DNA of 64,000 bases from a virus: positions 96,001-160,000 of the IMG/VR virus record IMGVR_UViG_3300005077_000565, one strand, 5' to 3'. The notes beneath the pieces are model-generated. The model worked only from the letters and a program-made list of their open reading frames with translations. It was not told where the DNA came from and made no database searches. Both the position numbers and the translations under genes were made by a program. Below are positions 1 to 9,567 of the stretch, piece by piece. The stretch's first letter is position 1. The number at the start of each line of letters is the position of its first letter.

Positions 1-603
1 AGCAGTCAGTAAATTTGCCAGAATACTGTTGGAGGCCGATCCACCTCGATGCGTCCAGGCATTGATCAGGCCATATCCGTGAAATGCAAATACCATGGGC
101 ATAGCCATGCCAAACAGCAAAAACATTGGGTCAATAATCAACATGGCCAGTGCTACAGCTACCATTAATTTGAAATAGTTTCTATAGAAGAATACCAGTG
201 ATGGACGATTGCTGAGATTTTTAAGAAACTTACGATCTATCTCCACTGAATAACCCCAGAAATTGGTGTATACTGTAAAAAATCCCTTGAATTTTGGTGA
301 GTGTGGGTCTCTGTCTGTGTCGGAATATGCATGATGCATACGATGTGAACTAGCCCAGGTAATGGCTGGTCCAGCATTGGCAAAAATCCCCAGAAACTGT
401 GCGTAATACTCATACCAACGACCCGTGGAGAATGCATTATGTGAAAAATATCTGTGATAACCGCTGGATATAGAAGTGGTAGCAATCACCTGCCACCATA
501 AAAATGCCAGCACCCAGTGCCACCATTGACCGTAGATCACTGCTGGTATAATGGATATATGTGCAAGTGTGTTCACTGCAACTAGTTTTGTGGTGGCTTT
601 CAT
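1..603 (-). CDS. Delta-9-type fatty acid desaturase (partial, runs off window start; not in ORF track)
   Basis: Manual translation from ATG at 603: MKATTKLVAV...GYHRYFSH...WASSHRMHHAYSDTDRDPHSP; His boxes and hydrophobic segments of acyl-CoA desaturases. Confidence 0.9.
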   Translation of the reverse strand, partial: MKATTKLVAVNTLAHISIIPAVIYGQWWHWVLAFLWWQVIATTSISSGYHRYFSHNAFSTGRWYEYYAQFLGIFANAGPAITWASSHRMHHAYSDTDRDPHSPKFKGFFTVYTNFWGYSVEIDRKFLKNLSNRPSLVFFYRNYFKLMVAVALAMLIIDPMFLLFGMAMPMVFAFHGYGLINAWTHRGGSASNSILANLLTA

Positions 604-623
604 AGTTTTAACACTGTATAGAA

Positions 624-637
624 ATATTTATAAATAT
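624..637. promoter_or_regulatory. Bidirectional T4-late-like promoter
   Basis: Perfect palindrome ATATTTATAAATAT carrying TATAAATA on both strands, between divergent genes. Confidence 0.6.
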
Positions 638-710
638 CGCAGATATCAGTTATTTGACTTTTTGTAAAAGTAATATATATTATTGTATACTAAAACACCA
701 GAAATACAAC

Positions 711-1865
711 ATGAGCGATTTAAAATGGAGTGAATACGATTTCACGCAGATACCCTTCGACGATTTAGTCAGGGTAGGCCAGCGAAACATGCTGTACCGT
801 GATCTGTTCACTGTCAGTTGGCTACTGGGTAGATTCTGTAATTACCGTTGCAGTTATTGCTGGCCCTATGCTCGTAGCGACTCCAAGGACCATAGACCCA
901 CTGAACTATGCCTGCTCACTATCGATGAAATAAAACGACAGGCACGCGACAACGGCTTCAACAGTTTTCATTTTAGCCTCAGCGGCGGTGAGCCAACGTT
1001 TCATCCCGGCTATCTGGATATTATGAAACATCTAGCAGATGATGTCCCTACCACCAACTACACCAGCGTGCACATGACATCAAATTGTTCTAGAAGCATG
1101 CGGTGGTTTGAGACCTATGTGGATCACGCTAGTAAATTTCATCGTGCCAGCATAACAGCCAGTCTGCACACTGAACACGTCAACACTCCGGAAAAGATGC
1201 AGGTGTTCGCTGATAAGTTGATCTTCTGTCAGGAACATGATGTACAGGTAACCATTAATCAGGTCATGGTTCCCGAGTGGTTTGAACGTGACTGGTCTAA
1301 TGCCATGTTCTTCCATGAACAAGGTATCAACGTTACACTTAAACCACAGAGTGACCCCACTGCCAGTCGCGTAGTATCGGGTTATACACCGGAAATGTTG
1401 GAAAAATTACACAACGGCATGCCGCAACGATCATTCACCAGTGTAAAAAACAAGTATGTTACTAGACCACAGCCTACATTTGTCAAATCCAGTGACCCGC
1501 TCTACTGGGAAGATCATAGCAATGTACCGCAGGATTTTCAGATAGAGTTTGTCGACAAACAGGGGAAATACTGGTACATGGATCAGGCTGAACGTTTCAA
1601 TGCCTTTAACTTCAATCGTTTTACCGGCTGGGAATGTTCCAGTGGATACCGCAGTATTATCATACGCGAGCCTGATGGTAGTATTAAACGTAGTTATAGT
1701 TGTCACGATCAGCCCATCGGAAACATTGAAACTGGATTTAAGTTATTTGACAGTCCACGCCCCTGTGTAAGTCCCAGTTGTGTATCCAGTGCCGACAGTA
1801 AAATACCTAAACGTGCGCCGGGCACTAAACTGCCGCTGTGGCCCGGCGACACAACATTTTCATGA
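711..1865 (+). CDS. Radical SAM protein with C-terminal Cys cluster
   Basis: CNYRCSYC, GGEP, C-terminal C..C..CxxxxC; start taken at MSDLK. Confidence 0.85.
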   Translation: MSDLKWSEYDFTQIPFDDLVRVGQRNMLYRDLFTVSWLLGRFCNYRCSYCWPYARSDSKDHRPTELCLLTIDEIKRQARDNGFNSFHFSLSGGEPTFHPGYLDIMKHLADDVPTTNYTSVHMTSNCSRSMRWFETYVDHASKFHRASITASLHTEHVNTPEKMQVFADKLIFCQEHDVQVTINQVMVPEWFERDWSNAMFFHEQGINVTLKPQSDPTASRVVSGYTPEMLEKLHNGMPQRSFTSVKNKYVTRPQPTFVKSSDPLYWEDHSNVPQDFQIEFVDKQGKYWYMDQAERFNAFNFNRFTGWECSSGYRSIIIREPDGSIKRSYSCHDQPIGNIETGFKLFDSPRPCVSPSCVSSADSKIPKRAPGTKLPLWPGDTTFS

Positions 1866-2416
1866 AGATACTAATAGCAGGTAATCCCAGATATGGCCTA
1901 GCTCAGGCACTGTCTAAGAGTCTAGCAGAACATGAGCTGGAATTTGTAAGTAGAAGCACACACGGTCTGGATTTAACCAAGGCAGAAAATCAGCAACGGT
2001 TTGCTGAACTCAGTGAATCTTACGATATAGTTATTCTATGCAGTGCTCTCTGGAAGTTTAATCAAACCCTGTTGCTGGAAGCCACATACAAACGGCTCAG
2101 AACTCTCGACAAGCGCACGAAAATTATCTGCATAGGCAGTACTACTGATAGAGTTAAAAAAGCGACAGACTGGCTGTATAACGCTGAAAAGAAAGCACTG
2201 CGTGATTTTTGTAACAGTCTTACATTGACAGGCGTCTGGAATACGGGTCCACTGGTTACTCTGATTAGTTTCGGGACTCTGAGTAATATGCAACACAAGC
2301 ACCCCGATCGAAAAACTATGTCAATAGAAAAGGCTGCTGATTACGTTAACTGGGTAATACAACAGCCATGTGAACTACATGTCAATGAAATCAGCATTGA
2401 CCCTGTACAGATTTAA
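1862..2416 (+). CDS. Short-chain dehydrogenase/reductase-like protein
   Basis: N-terminal Rossmann-like ILIAGNPRYGLA, YxxxK (YNAEK); ATGA overlap with upstream gene. Confidence 0.7.
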   Translation: MKILIAGNPRYGLAQALSKSLAEHELEFVSRSTHGLDLTKAENQQRFAELSESYDIVILCSALWKFNQTLLLEATYKRLRTLDKRTKIICIGSTTDRVKKATDWLYNAEKKALRDFCNSLTLTGVWNTGPLVTLISFGTLSNMQHKHPDRKTMSIEKAADYVNWVIQQPCELHVNEISIDPVQI

Positions 2417-3330
2417 ACTGCCATGGGTGCGCTGATACTGGGCATGGGATGGTAGTCTACTAGAACATAATCATTGACTGTGGTATTCATGAGCTCGTTG
2501 AGAGTCGTAAACTTCGGCATCGTTAACACTGGAATGTTTCCTGGTTGACGAGCAATCTGTTCTGATACTTGTTCTAGATGATTCAGATAAATGTGACAGT
2601 CACCACCAGTCCAGACAAAATCTCCTACTTCTAGATTACAGATCTGTGCAATCATATGTGTAAGTAGGCTATAACTGGCAATGTTAAAGGGCACACCCAA
2701 AAACATATCACAGCTACGCTGATACAGTTGACAACTTAGTTTACCCTGTGACACGTAAAATTGTGCCATGACATGACAGGGTGGCAGCGCCATCTGATTC
2801 AGTTCGCCGGGATTCCAGGCTGATAAAATATGACGACGACTATGTGGGTCTTGTTTGACGCCGTCGATTAAACGCTGTAGTTGGTCAATCTCCTGGACAT
2901 GAAAAGATCCCTGACGATTATAGTAATTACCAAACTCATCCCTAAATGTATCCTGTGTGTGGAATACCGGTGTCTGCCAGTGTCGCCACTGTACACCATA
3001 GACGCGGCCCAGGTCCCCGTCAAATTTAGCTCGTGGTTTCCAGTAATCTGCTTCTGCATTGGCGGTCCAGATTGTTTTACGATCAGTGTCTCTAGATCCG
3101 TGTAGTATTTCTGCCAGCCTACGTTCGTCACCAGATCCTTCGATAAACCACAGTAATTCCGACACCACTGCACGCCAGGCCAGTCGTTTTGTGGTGACTG
3201 CTGGAAATCCTTCAGCAAGATTAAACCTCATCTGATGACCGAACACTGACTTTGTACCTACACCAGTTCGGTCAGGCACATCAGTTCCGTGTTCCAGTAT
3301 GTGTTTTAGCGCATTAATATATTGTTTCAT
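2413..3330 (-). CDS. thyA: Thymidylate synthase
   Basis: DRTGVGT, ELLWF, MALPPCH, YQRSCD, GVPFNIASY. Confidence 0.97.
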   Translation of the reverse strand: MKQYINALKHILEHGTDVPDRTGVGTKSVFGHQMRFNLAEGFPAVTTKRLAWRAVVSELLWFIEGSGDERRLAEILHGSRDTDRKTIWTANAEADYWKPRAKFDGDLGRVYGVQWRHWQTPVFHTQDTFRDEFGNYYNRQGSFHVQEIDQLQRLIDGVKQDPHSRRHILSAWNPGELNQMALPPCHVMAQFYVSQGKLSCQLYQRSCDMFLGVPFNIASYSLLTHMIAQICNLEVGDFVWTGGDCHIYLNHLEQVSEQIARQPGNIPVLTMPKFTTLNELMNTTVNDYVLVDYHPMPSISAPMAV

Positions 3331-3800
3331 TATCTTTTCTTCCAAATTTCAACATGTAGTCCAGACACATCAGTGTAAGAATCCGGATAAAACGAAGAAA
3401 ATATTTCGTCACGTGGTAGATGTACGTCACACTGATATGTTCCAGAAATTTTACTTAGATGAAACTCCTCAATAAAATCCAGAAGTTCTGATACTAGATG
3501 TGAACCGCCAATGATCCAGACGTCGCCACCACGTGACAGGGTCGGCAATGCTGTTTTTATTTCATCAATAGTGTACGCAGTGGCACCGTCTATCATGGCA
3601 GCAGTTGTAATAACGATGTTATCGCGTCCCGGGAGTGGCCGTTTCGGCAAGCTCTCCCAGGTATGCCGTCCCATGACAACCGTACTGCCCAGCGTCGATT
3701 GACGAAACCAGGCTAGGTCAGCCTGGTTTGATGGCCAGGGCAAATTGCCCTGATACCCGATACCCCAGTTGTCATCACATGCTAGAATCGCTCGAATCAT
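3330..3800 (-). CDS. folA: Dihydrofolate reductase
   Basis: GIG..GNLPW, DLAWF, VVMGRHTWESLP.RPLPGR.N, IIGG. Confidence 0.95.
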   Translation of the reverse strand: MIRAILACDDNWGIGYQGNLPWPSNQADLAWFRQSTLGSTVVMGRHTWESLPKRPLPGRDNIVITTAAMIDGATAYTIDEIKTALPTLSRGGDVWIIGGSHLVSELLDFIEEFHLSKISGTYQCDVHLPRDEIFSSFYPDSYTDVSGLHVEIWKKR

Positions 3801-4092
3801 TCTTTTCCTGATCCTTTGACAGCAGGCGGTTGACTTTATCTGTGACATTTTCTTCGATCAGATCAAAATCCAATTCGATGCTCATGTCAACAATGTTGTT
3901 TTCTTCGTTAAATTTACTGATCAAGAGTTCTTCAATAGTATCAATTTTTTTGAGATCCTGCTTGTTCAGCTCCATTAACGAGCCGTCTTCAAAATTAATA
4001 ATAATCGTTTTAATGTAGTGGACAGGAATAGCTTCCATGTCCACTTCATCGATAATTTTACTAAACGACCTATCTCGACGATGCACTGCCAT
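3775..4092 (-). CDS. Hypothetical protein
   Basis: 105-aa ORF packed in operon. Confidence 0.7.
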   Translation of the reverse strand: MAVHRRDRSFSKIIDEVDMEAIPVHYIKTIIINFEDGSLMELNKQDLKKIDTIEELLISKFNEENNIVDMSIELDFDLIEENVTDKVNRLLSKDQEKNDSSDSSM

Positions 4093-4094
4093 GA

Positions 4095-4715
4095 TTATGC
4101 TTTTACTCGGCGTTTAGCCTTGAGCTTGGGATTAAGAGCATAGGCTTCTTGCTTGAGGCGCTCAGCTTCAGCCAAGTAAAATTCTGCCTGCTTTAACCGC
4201 TGTTCGGCAATGGCATTGTCATCTAAAACGCCGGGTTCAGTTTCAGCTGATTGATTGCTGACCGGGGCAACTGTACGACTCGCCTCACGTGGTGGTTGGT
4301 CAGTATCGTCACGCATGGCATTTTCGATGTCAGCCTGACTGCGACCATCCTTCTGCATGCGGATAATAGTATTCAATTTATCCAGACGCAGGCTGGTGCC
4401 GCTGGTGGGCGTCATGACAATCTGTTTAGTGGGATACTTGCGCAGTCTACCACTCTGGTGCAACCAAGTCAGTGCAATATTACCGTCACTGAAGCGTTCT
4501 CGTGCCAGCACATTAAAAACGTCACCATCACGCTGTGCTGGTTCGCTTTCAATAATGCGCATTAGGTCCTGATGTTGCATGTCAGGCAATGAATCTGTCT
4601 CGACTACGAGGCAGTTATCACTCTCAAGAACTTCGCCTTTTTCGTTATAAATTTCGCGAAATACAACTACGCAACGGCGACCGGTATTAGTGACCTGTCC
4701 TACGTGTTTTAACAT
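4095..4715 (-). CDS. Hypothetical protein
   Basis: 206-aa ORF, AAGGAG RBS. Confidence 0.8.
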   Translation of the reverse strand: MLKHVGQVTNTGRRCVVVFREIYNEKGEVLESDNCLVVETDSLPDMQHQDLMRIIESEPAQRDGDVFNVLARERFSDGNIALTWLHQSGRLRKYPTKQIVMTPTSGTSLRLDKLNTIIRMQKDGRSQADIENAMRDDTDQPPREASRTVAPVSNQSAETEPGVLDDNAIAEQRLKQAEFYLAEAERLKQEAYALNPKLKAKRRVKA

Positions 4716-4744
4716 TTAAATCTCCTTAGCCTCTACTAGGCTGG

Positions 4745-4990
4745 TTATTGTGCTGATGTTTCAGCAGGTGCTTGGCCTTCAGCCTTGGCTTTAGCTTCGG
4801 CTTCGGCTTTTTGTTGATCGGCAACAAATTGTACGAACGCGGCGACCCTTTCAAAAGTCTCGCCGACTTGTTTAGCTTCAGTAGCACGGAACGCACCGCG
4901 TTGGACTGCTAGGTCAATGATGTTTGCCACGGCCGCCAAGTCGTTGACGCTCAGTGATGGTGCTGAATTCTGTTGTGCTGTTTCTGACAT
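4745..4990 (-). CDS. Hypothetical protein
   Basis: 81-aa ORF, AAGGAG RBS. Confidence 0.8.
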   Translation of the reverse strand: MSETAQQNSAPSLSVNDLAAVANIIDLAVQRGAFRATEAKQVGETFERVAAFVQFVADQQKAEAEAKAKAEGQAPAETSAQ

Positions 4991-5019
4991 TTAGTTTCTC
5001 CTTAAAAATAAACTATATT

Positions 5020-5307
5020 TTATTTAGCATCATTATCTGGTGCTTTAATTTTGTATTCGTGCAGTGCCTGCTCGAATTCTTCTAGATCCTGTTCGTGCTT
5101 AAACCAGAACTGTAAAATACTTTTACCTATTATTTTAATATGATAAAAGTCCCGGGTGTGCTCTAGGCCAAGGTCGTCAAAACTGGCGACTTTCTTCTCA
5201 TTAAAATCTACAGTAACACGATTGTGCATCATCTTCTCGATAGTAGAAGTGTGTGCTAGTAGTTCCATGTCGGATTCGGATAAATTTTTATTTAAATACC
5301 AATACAC
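5020..5307 (-). CDS. Hypothetical protein
   Basis: 95-aa ORF in operon; start uncertain. Confidence 0.6.
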   Translation of the reverse strand: MYWYLNKNLSESDMELLAHTSTIEKMMHNRVTVDFNEKKVASFDDLGLEHTRDFYHIKIIGKSILQFWFKHEQDLEEFEQALHEYKIKAPDNDAK

Positions 5308-5310
5308 TGG

Positions 5311-6507
5311 TCAAGTCCTTGCTCGTTCGTAGTATACTGTGGTACCAAATGGTGCCACTGGCGGTTTCCCCCGTCCCTGGCTGTGTACTAGAAAGACAGT
5401 ATCACAATAATCGGGATTACCCCAACTACCCCAGGGGTAGCCGTCGGTGAATACAATTAGTTGTTTTGGTTGTATATCCAGGTCCCCCATGTGTTTCCAG
5501 TTGACCATGAAGTCTGTGCCACCACCACCGGTGATTCGATAATCGTTGACGTTACGGCCATCATCATGTGTAAAGGTATCATACCCATAGACAGCAGTGT
5601 CAAACTGCCAGATCTGGATTCGATAGTTCCCAAATTGTTCCATGATTCCAGCCACTTCACTGACAAAGTCGGTGAGCATGACATTATCGATACTTCCTGA
5701 AGTGTCAATGGCTAGACAGATATCAATTTCCTCATCGCGATTCATGCCAGGCAACACTGCACCAGTGTGCCAGCCCTTGCGGCTAGGTCGCTGCCAGGTA
5801 AAATCGTTTTTAATAGTGCTTTCAATGCTGGCACGAATAAGCTCACGCCAATTCATTTTAGGTTCCACCAGCTGATTGATAATTTTTTGTATTTCGCCAG
5901 GAACATTACCAGCGCCGGCACTCTGTGCAGCCTGCAATAACGCTTCTTTGAGATCGTCCTGTAATTGTTTACGTTCAGCCGGTGTCATAGGACTAGGACG
6001 TCCCGAGCTCTGGTCTTTGCTGGATCCCGAACTCTGATCACTGTTTTCACTCATGTCCAGATGCATGTCCAGCGTCTGTATTTGTGAGACATTATTCTGA
6101 ATTAGATCGTCGTAGACTTGTTCAGTGGTCCAGTCGGCGTATTTGGGATCTAGACAGATCTGAACTTTGGTGATCACTTTGCCAATTCGCTCTCGCTTTA
6201 AAATCCAGTTGATCACATAGTCACCGGCCATGTTCCAGATACCAGCATCACGCTCGCCACGGCGCAGGAAGTGCTCAAACATACAATGGCCCAGTTCGTG
6301 ACCCACCAAAAACACCAGTTCTTCGGGATCGAGTTGTCTGACAAATTCTGAGTTGTAATAAAAATTACGCCCATCCACTGCGGCAGTGGGACACCAGTCA
6401 CTGGCTTCAACCAATTTCAATCGCAGGGCCAACTGTCCAAAAAACGGATGTTTGAACAGCATTTTAACACGAGCTTGAATAATCTTGTTTTCGATTTCGG
6501 TTGCCAC
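5311..6507 (-). CDS. Metallopeptidase-like + VWA domain protein (DUF2201-like)
   Basis: HELGH zinc motif; MIDAS DTSGS, GGGGTDF, FTDG. Confidence 0.88.
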   Translation of the reverse strand: MATEIENKIIQARVKMLFKHPFFGQLALRLKLVEASDWCPTAAVDGRNFYYNSEFVRQLDPEELVFLVGHELGHCMFEHFLRRGERDAGIWNMAGDYVINWILKRERIGKVITKVQICLDPKYADWTTEQVYDDLIQNNVSQIQTLDMHLDMSENSDQSSGSSKDQSSGRPSPMTPAERKQLQDDLKEALLQAAQSAGAGNVPGEIQKIINQLVEPKMNWRELIRASIESTIKNDFTWQRPSRKGWHTGAVLPGMNRDEEIDICLAIDTSGSIDNVMLTDFVSEVAGIMEQFGNYRIQIWQFDTAVYGYDTFTHDDGRNVNDYRITGGGGTDFMVNWKHMGDLDIQPKQLIVFTDGYPWGSWGNPDYCDTVFLVHSQGRGKPPVAPFGTTVYYERART

Positions 6508-6532
6508 AGCCAGATCCTTTACGATAGCTATT

Positions 6533-6561
6533 ATAATAACACAGCCGTGATTTTATGTCAA
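6533..6561 (-). promoter_or_regulatory. sigma70-like promoter
   Basis: TTGACA-N17-TATTAT. Confidence 0.7.
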
Positions 6562-6887
6562 ATCTTATTATACATCAGTTTAAAGAGTATAAGATCCTCA
6601 GTTCTGTAAAATCTAACTACCTTTTCCACTAATAGATTATCGGGATTATGATAATATCCGATCTTATATAATAGCTCGGGTATTTCCTGCTCTTTTAATA
6701 CTTGCCTGGCAGATCGACGGTCTGATATACTTACAACATTTTCACTAGGCCAGGTTTCAATCCAGGCCGCGATTTGCTGTGGCCGTGGGTTGGGTACGCC
6801 TAGATATTCAATGCATAATTTTGATGTATACAGACGCTCGTTTATATTTGCTCGAACATCTGTATACTGTTTTTCAAGACCCATCAT
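6558..6887 (-). CDS. Hypothetical protein
   Basis: 109-aa ORF between ATPase and VWA genes. Confidence 0.65.
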   Translation of the reverse strand: MMGLEKQYTDVRANINERLYTSKLCIEYLGVPNPRPQQIAAWIETWPSENVVSISDRRSARQVLKEQEIPELLYKIGYYHNPDNLLVEKVVRFYRTEDLILFKLMYNKI

Positions 6888-7990
6888 GCTTCTTTGATTA
6901 GGTGACCGTAATTTTTCATAAATTCTGGCCAGTGCTTCATTTTACGCAGGTTAGCGCTGACGCCATAGTTAATGAACACTAGACGAGTTGCCATGATGAT
7001 CATTTCTGGATCGAAATTGTTCATCCAGAATCCCAGGCAGTTGTCCAGCATGTCGTCAAACTCTTCTTTTTTCAGAGTCTTACCAATGTTGTCGTACTGC
7101 GCCTTGAGTTCGTAGGCCATGTTAGTGCTCAGTGAATACAAGGCACTGATTTCCTTGGTCTTGAGTTCAGTAATTTCACCGCGCAGGATCAGTGTGGGGT
7201 TGGGCAATTTGCTGGCAACCTTACGATGTGCCTTGAACTTGAGAGCAGTACCTTCACCCACTGCACCAGCCACCATGTCAGTGACTTCTTCATCACTAAA
7301 GTCTTCGGCATCACGCAGTGTCTCGCTAACAAAGCTCCAGCTACGTGGTGTAGCGAACGAACGATCGTTGCTCTGTGGATCAAAATTATAGAGGTCGCTT
7401 TTGCTGAATGTCAGATAGCCTACGACATCGGGATGAATATTTTTACCGGCTGCCCAGTTCAGCCAATCATCAAAGTCAACACGAATTTCATAGTGAACGA
7501 AACGATTGGCCAGTGGCTTGGGCATACGATAGGTGACGCCTTTGTCAGTTTCACGATTACCGGCCGCGACAATAACCACATTATCGGGCAGACGATATGT
7601 ACCAACACGACGATTCAGAATCAACTGGTAGGCAGCAGCCTGAACTGCCGGCGCCGCACCGTTGAGTTCGTCCAGAAATAAAACTACGATGTCGTACTTG
7701 TCAGCAGTTTCCTTGCTGGGGAGTTCGCTAGGTGGTGCCCACTCCATGGTATTGGATGTGGAATTATAGTAGGGAATACCTTTGATGTCAGTGGGCTCCC
7801 AGAGCGGAAGGCGAACGTCAATCAGTAGACTGTTACTGTATTCTTCGGCAATACCAGCAACCAAATCACTTTTACCGATGCCAGGAGCACCCCAGATCAT
7901 AACTGGGCGTTGATGTTTAAAATGGTGTTTGATGTATTTTTTGGCTTCGCTCAGTCGTACTGTGCGAGCATTGGTATCATTTGCTGACAT
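6884..7990 (-). CDS. MoxR-type AAA+ ATPase
   Basis: Walker A GAPGIGKS, Walker B LFLDE, AAGN, LANRF, TPRSW. Confidence 0.9.
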   Translation of the reverse strand: MSANDTNARTVRLSEAKKYIKHHFKHQRPVMIWGAPGIGKSDLVAGIAEEYSNSLLIDVRLPLWEPTDIKGIPYYNSTSNTMEWAPPSELPSKETADKYDIVVLFLDELNGAAPAVQAAAYQLILNRRVGTYRLPDNVVIVAAGNRETDKGVTYRMPKPLANRFVHYEIRVDFDDWLNWAAGKNIHPDVVGYLTFSKSDLYNFDPQSNDRSFATPRSWSFVSETLRDAEDFSDEEVTDMVAGAVGEGTALKFKAHRKVASKLPNPTLILRGEITELKTKEISALYSLSTNMAYELKAQYDNIGKTLKKEEFDDMLDNCLGFWMNNFDPEMIIMATRLVFINYGVSANLRKMKHWPEFMKNYGHLIKEA

Positions 7991-8019
7991 GCTGGTCCTT
8001 TGCGTATTGTCGTGGTTAA

Positions 8020-8112
8020 ATGATATAATGAATGCGATTTTTTGTCAACACAACAAAAAACTCTAACTTGTTGATTGATATAAATTATAGCAGATCTGCT
8101 ATTTTGTGTCAA
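8020..8112 (-). promoter_or_regulatory. Two tandem sigma70-like promoters
   Basis: TTGACA-N17-TATAAT (8084-8112) and TTGACA-N17-TATCAT (8020-8048). Confidence 0.8.
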
Positions 8113-8450
8113 TTTACACTACGAACCCAGTTTTGATAACCGCCCACTAATTTAATAATGGTGGCATCATCTTCACTGTACAGTACCAAAATATCACGAT
8201 GTATATAGTAGGGCCACTGCATGCCACGATCCAGACGTAACAGGTCGCCGGCGGTAATCTTTTGATCACGATCAATGACAAATTCGTAATGATCGAACTC
8301 CTGACGCATCAGCTGATGACCGAATTTAGTCAGGCGTAGACCCTGTCGTTGGTAATTGTAGAATATTTGTCGTGGATGCTTGACTACAGCATCGCTGTAA
8401 GTTTGCAGTAGGTAATTGTAAATCTGATCATGAATCGAAATCTGATTCAT
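8109..8450 (-). CDS. Hypothetical protein
   Basis: ORF overlapping upstream gene end. Confidence 0.7.
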   Translation of the reverse strand: MNQISIHDQIYNYLLQTYSDAVVKHPRQIFYNYQRQGLRLTKFGHQLMRQEFDHYEFVIDRDQKITAGDLLRLDRGMQWPYYIHRDILVLYSEDDATIIKLVGGYQNWVRSVN

Positions 8451-8730
8451 TGATTTGTTCACCCTGGGTTAATTTTACCACAGTAAAGTCGGAAGTTTTA
8501 AACATCTTATTTAGACGTTCAGCCAGGTTGAATGCGTGCCCAGGATTGGAGAAACTTACTTTTTTATATTTTGGGCCAGGATAATTTACCAGGTTGTTTA
8601 GGCTTCGTAAGTTTATTGGCTGATTCTGATAAAAAACTGCGTAGATGGCTTCGGCATTTAACACCTGCTCACTACGATAAGTTTTACTGTTTGTTTGTTC
8701 GAGAATTATTGTTGGTTTAGGTCTCGCCAT
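8428..8730 (-). CDS. Hypothetical protein (late promoter)
   Basis: AGGAG RBS; ATAAATA just upstream. Confidence 0.8.
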   Translation of the reverse strand: MARPKPTIILEQTNSKTYRSEQVLNAEAIYAVFYQNQPINLRSLNNLVNYPGPKYKKVSFSNPGHAFNLAERLNKMFKTSDFTVVKLTQGEQINESDFDS

Positions 8731-8780
8731 CCTGACTCCTGCTTGTTCTTAATATTTATTAAGAATGCAGTTTTTTAATG

Positions 8781-9113
8781 TCAGGAACTTGGGCCGCGCC
8801 GGCCTTGAATTATCAGGTCACTACCGGTAACCAGGACACAGGTTCTACCGCTGGTTTTTCCTGATACAGTTATAGTGTAGGTTTGACGCTTACTGTTGAC
8901 CCACATCAGCATAGTGCCGGTAAATGTTTTTTTCTCCGAAGTCAACATCTCAGCTTCACCCATCATCATGGGTTCCTCGTCGTATTCCTGCTGAATTACA
9001 TTAAATACTGCTTCGGTATCCCCACAGATCACGGTCTGTGAGTAATAGTCAGCTGCCTGTGACGACACTGTTAGCATTGCCAATGCCACCAGTGTTGCTA
9101 TCTTGAGTGTCAT
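8781..9113 (-). CDS. Exported hypothetical protein
   Basis: Signal peptide MTLKIATLVALAMLTVSSQA; two Cys. Confidence 0.7.
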   Translation of the reverse strand: MTLKIATLVALAMLTVSSQAADYYSQTVICGDTEAVFNVIQQEYDEEPMMMGEAEMLTSEKKTFTGTMLMWVNSKRQTYTITVSGKTSGRTCVLVTGSDLIIQGRRGPSS

Positions 9114-9567
9114 TACGTTTCCTTTTTATTGCCAGATTAACATCTGATTCAGTTTTGTATGGACCAATAAATGGATACGTTTTTAATGTACGTACTCGTG
9201 GGCAGAATGCCGAGCTCCATTTAATACCGGGAAAAAATATAGCATAATGTCCCGCGGCATAATACATTGAACTAGCTTCTGACTTGGTGTATACTGGTAT
9301 ATTATCATCAGTCCCGACATTGAACACCGATTCAGAATTTGCCGGATACCCTAGTACATTGGCAAACACTGCTGGTGCTCTATTGGTATTTACAACAGTG
9401 AATGTTTTTTCAAAGGCCGCCTGATCGAGAATCTCTGAGGTTCCCTGAATTCTGTTAAAAAATTCAAACTCTCCGGAATCGTTGGATTTAATTGTACCGA
9501 TTTTTTGACTGCCGGACTCTACTATCCAGAATTTACCGTTGATAATGGGACTGGCGGAATATTTCAC
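9049..9567 (-). CDS. Hypothetical protein
   Basis: 172-aa ORF, GTGA overlap. Confidence 0.7.
   Translation of the reverse strand: MKYSASPIINGKFWIVESGSQKIGTIKSNDSGEFEFFNRIQGTSEILDQAAFEKTFTVVNTNRAPAVFANVLGYPANSESVFNVGTDDNIPVYTKSEASSMYYAAGHYAIFFPGIKWSSAFCPRVRTLKTYPFIGPYKTESDVNLAIKRKRNDTQDSNTGGIGNANSVVTGS

Noticed and set aside
237-485. 82-aa minus-strand ORF in the track
   Set aside because: Alternative frame inside the desaturase gene, which has clear His-box motifs
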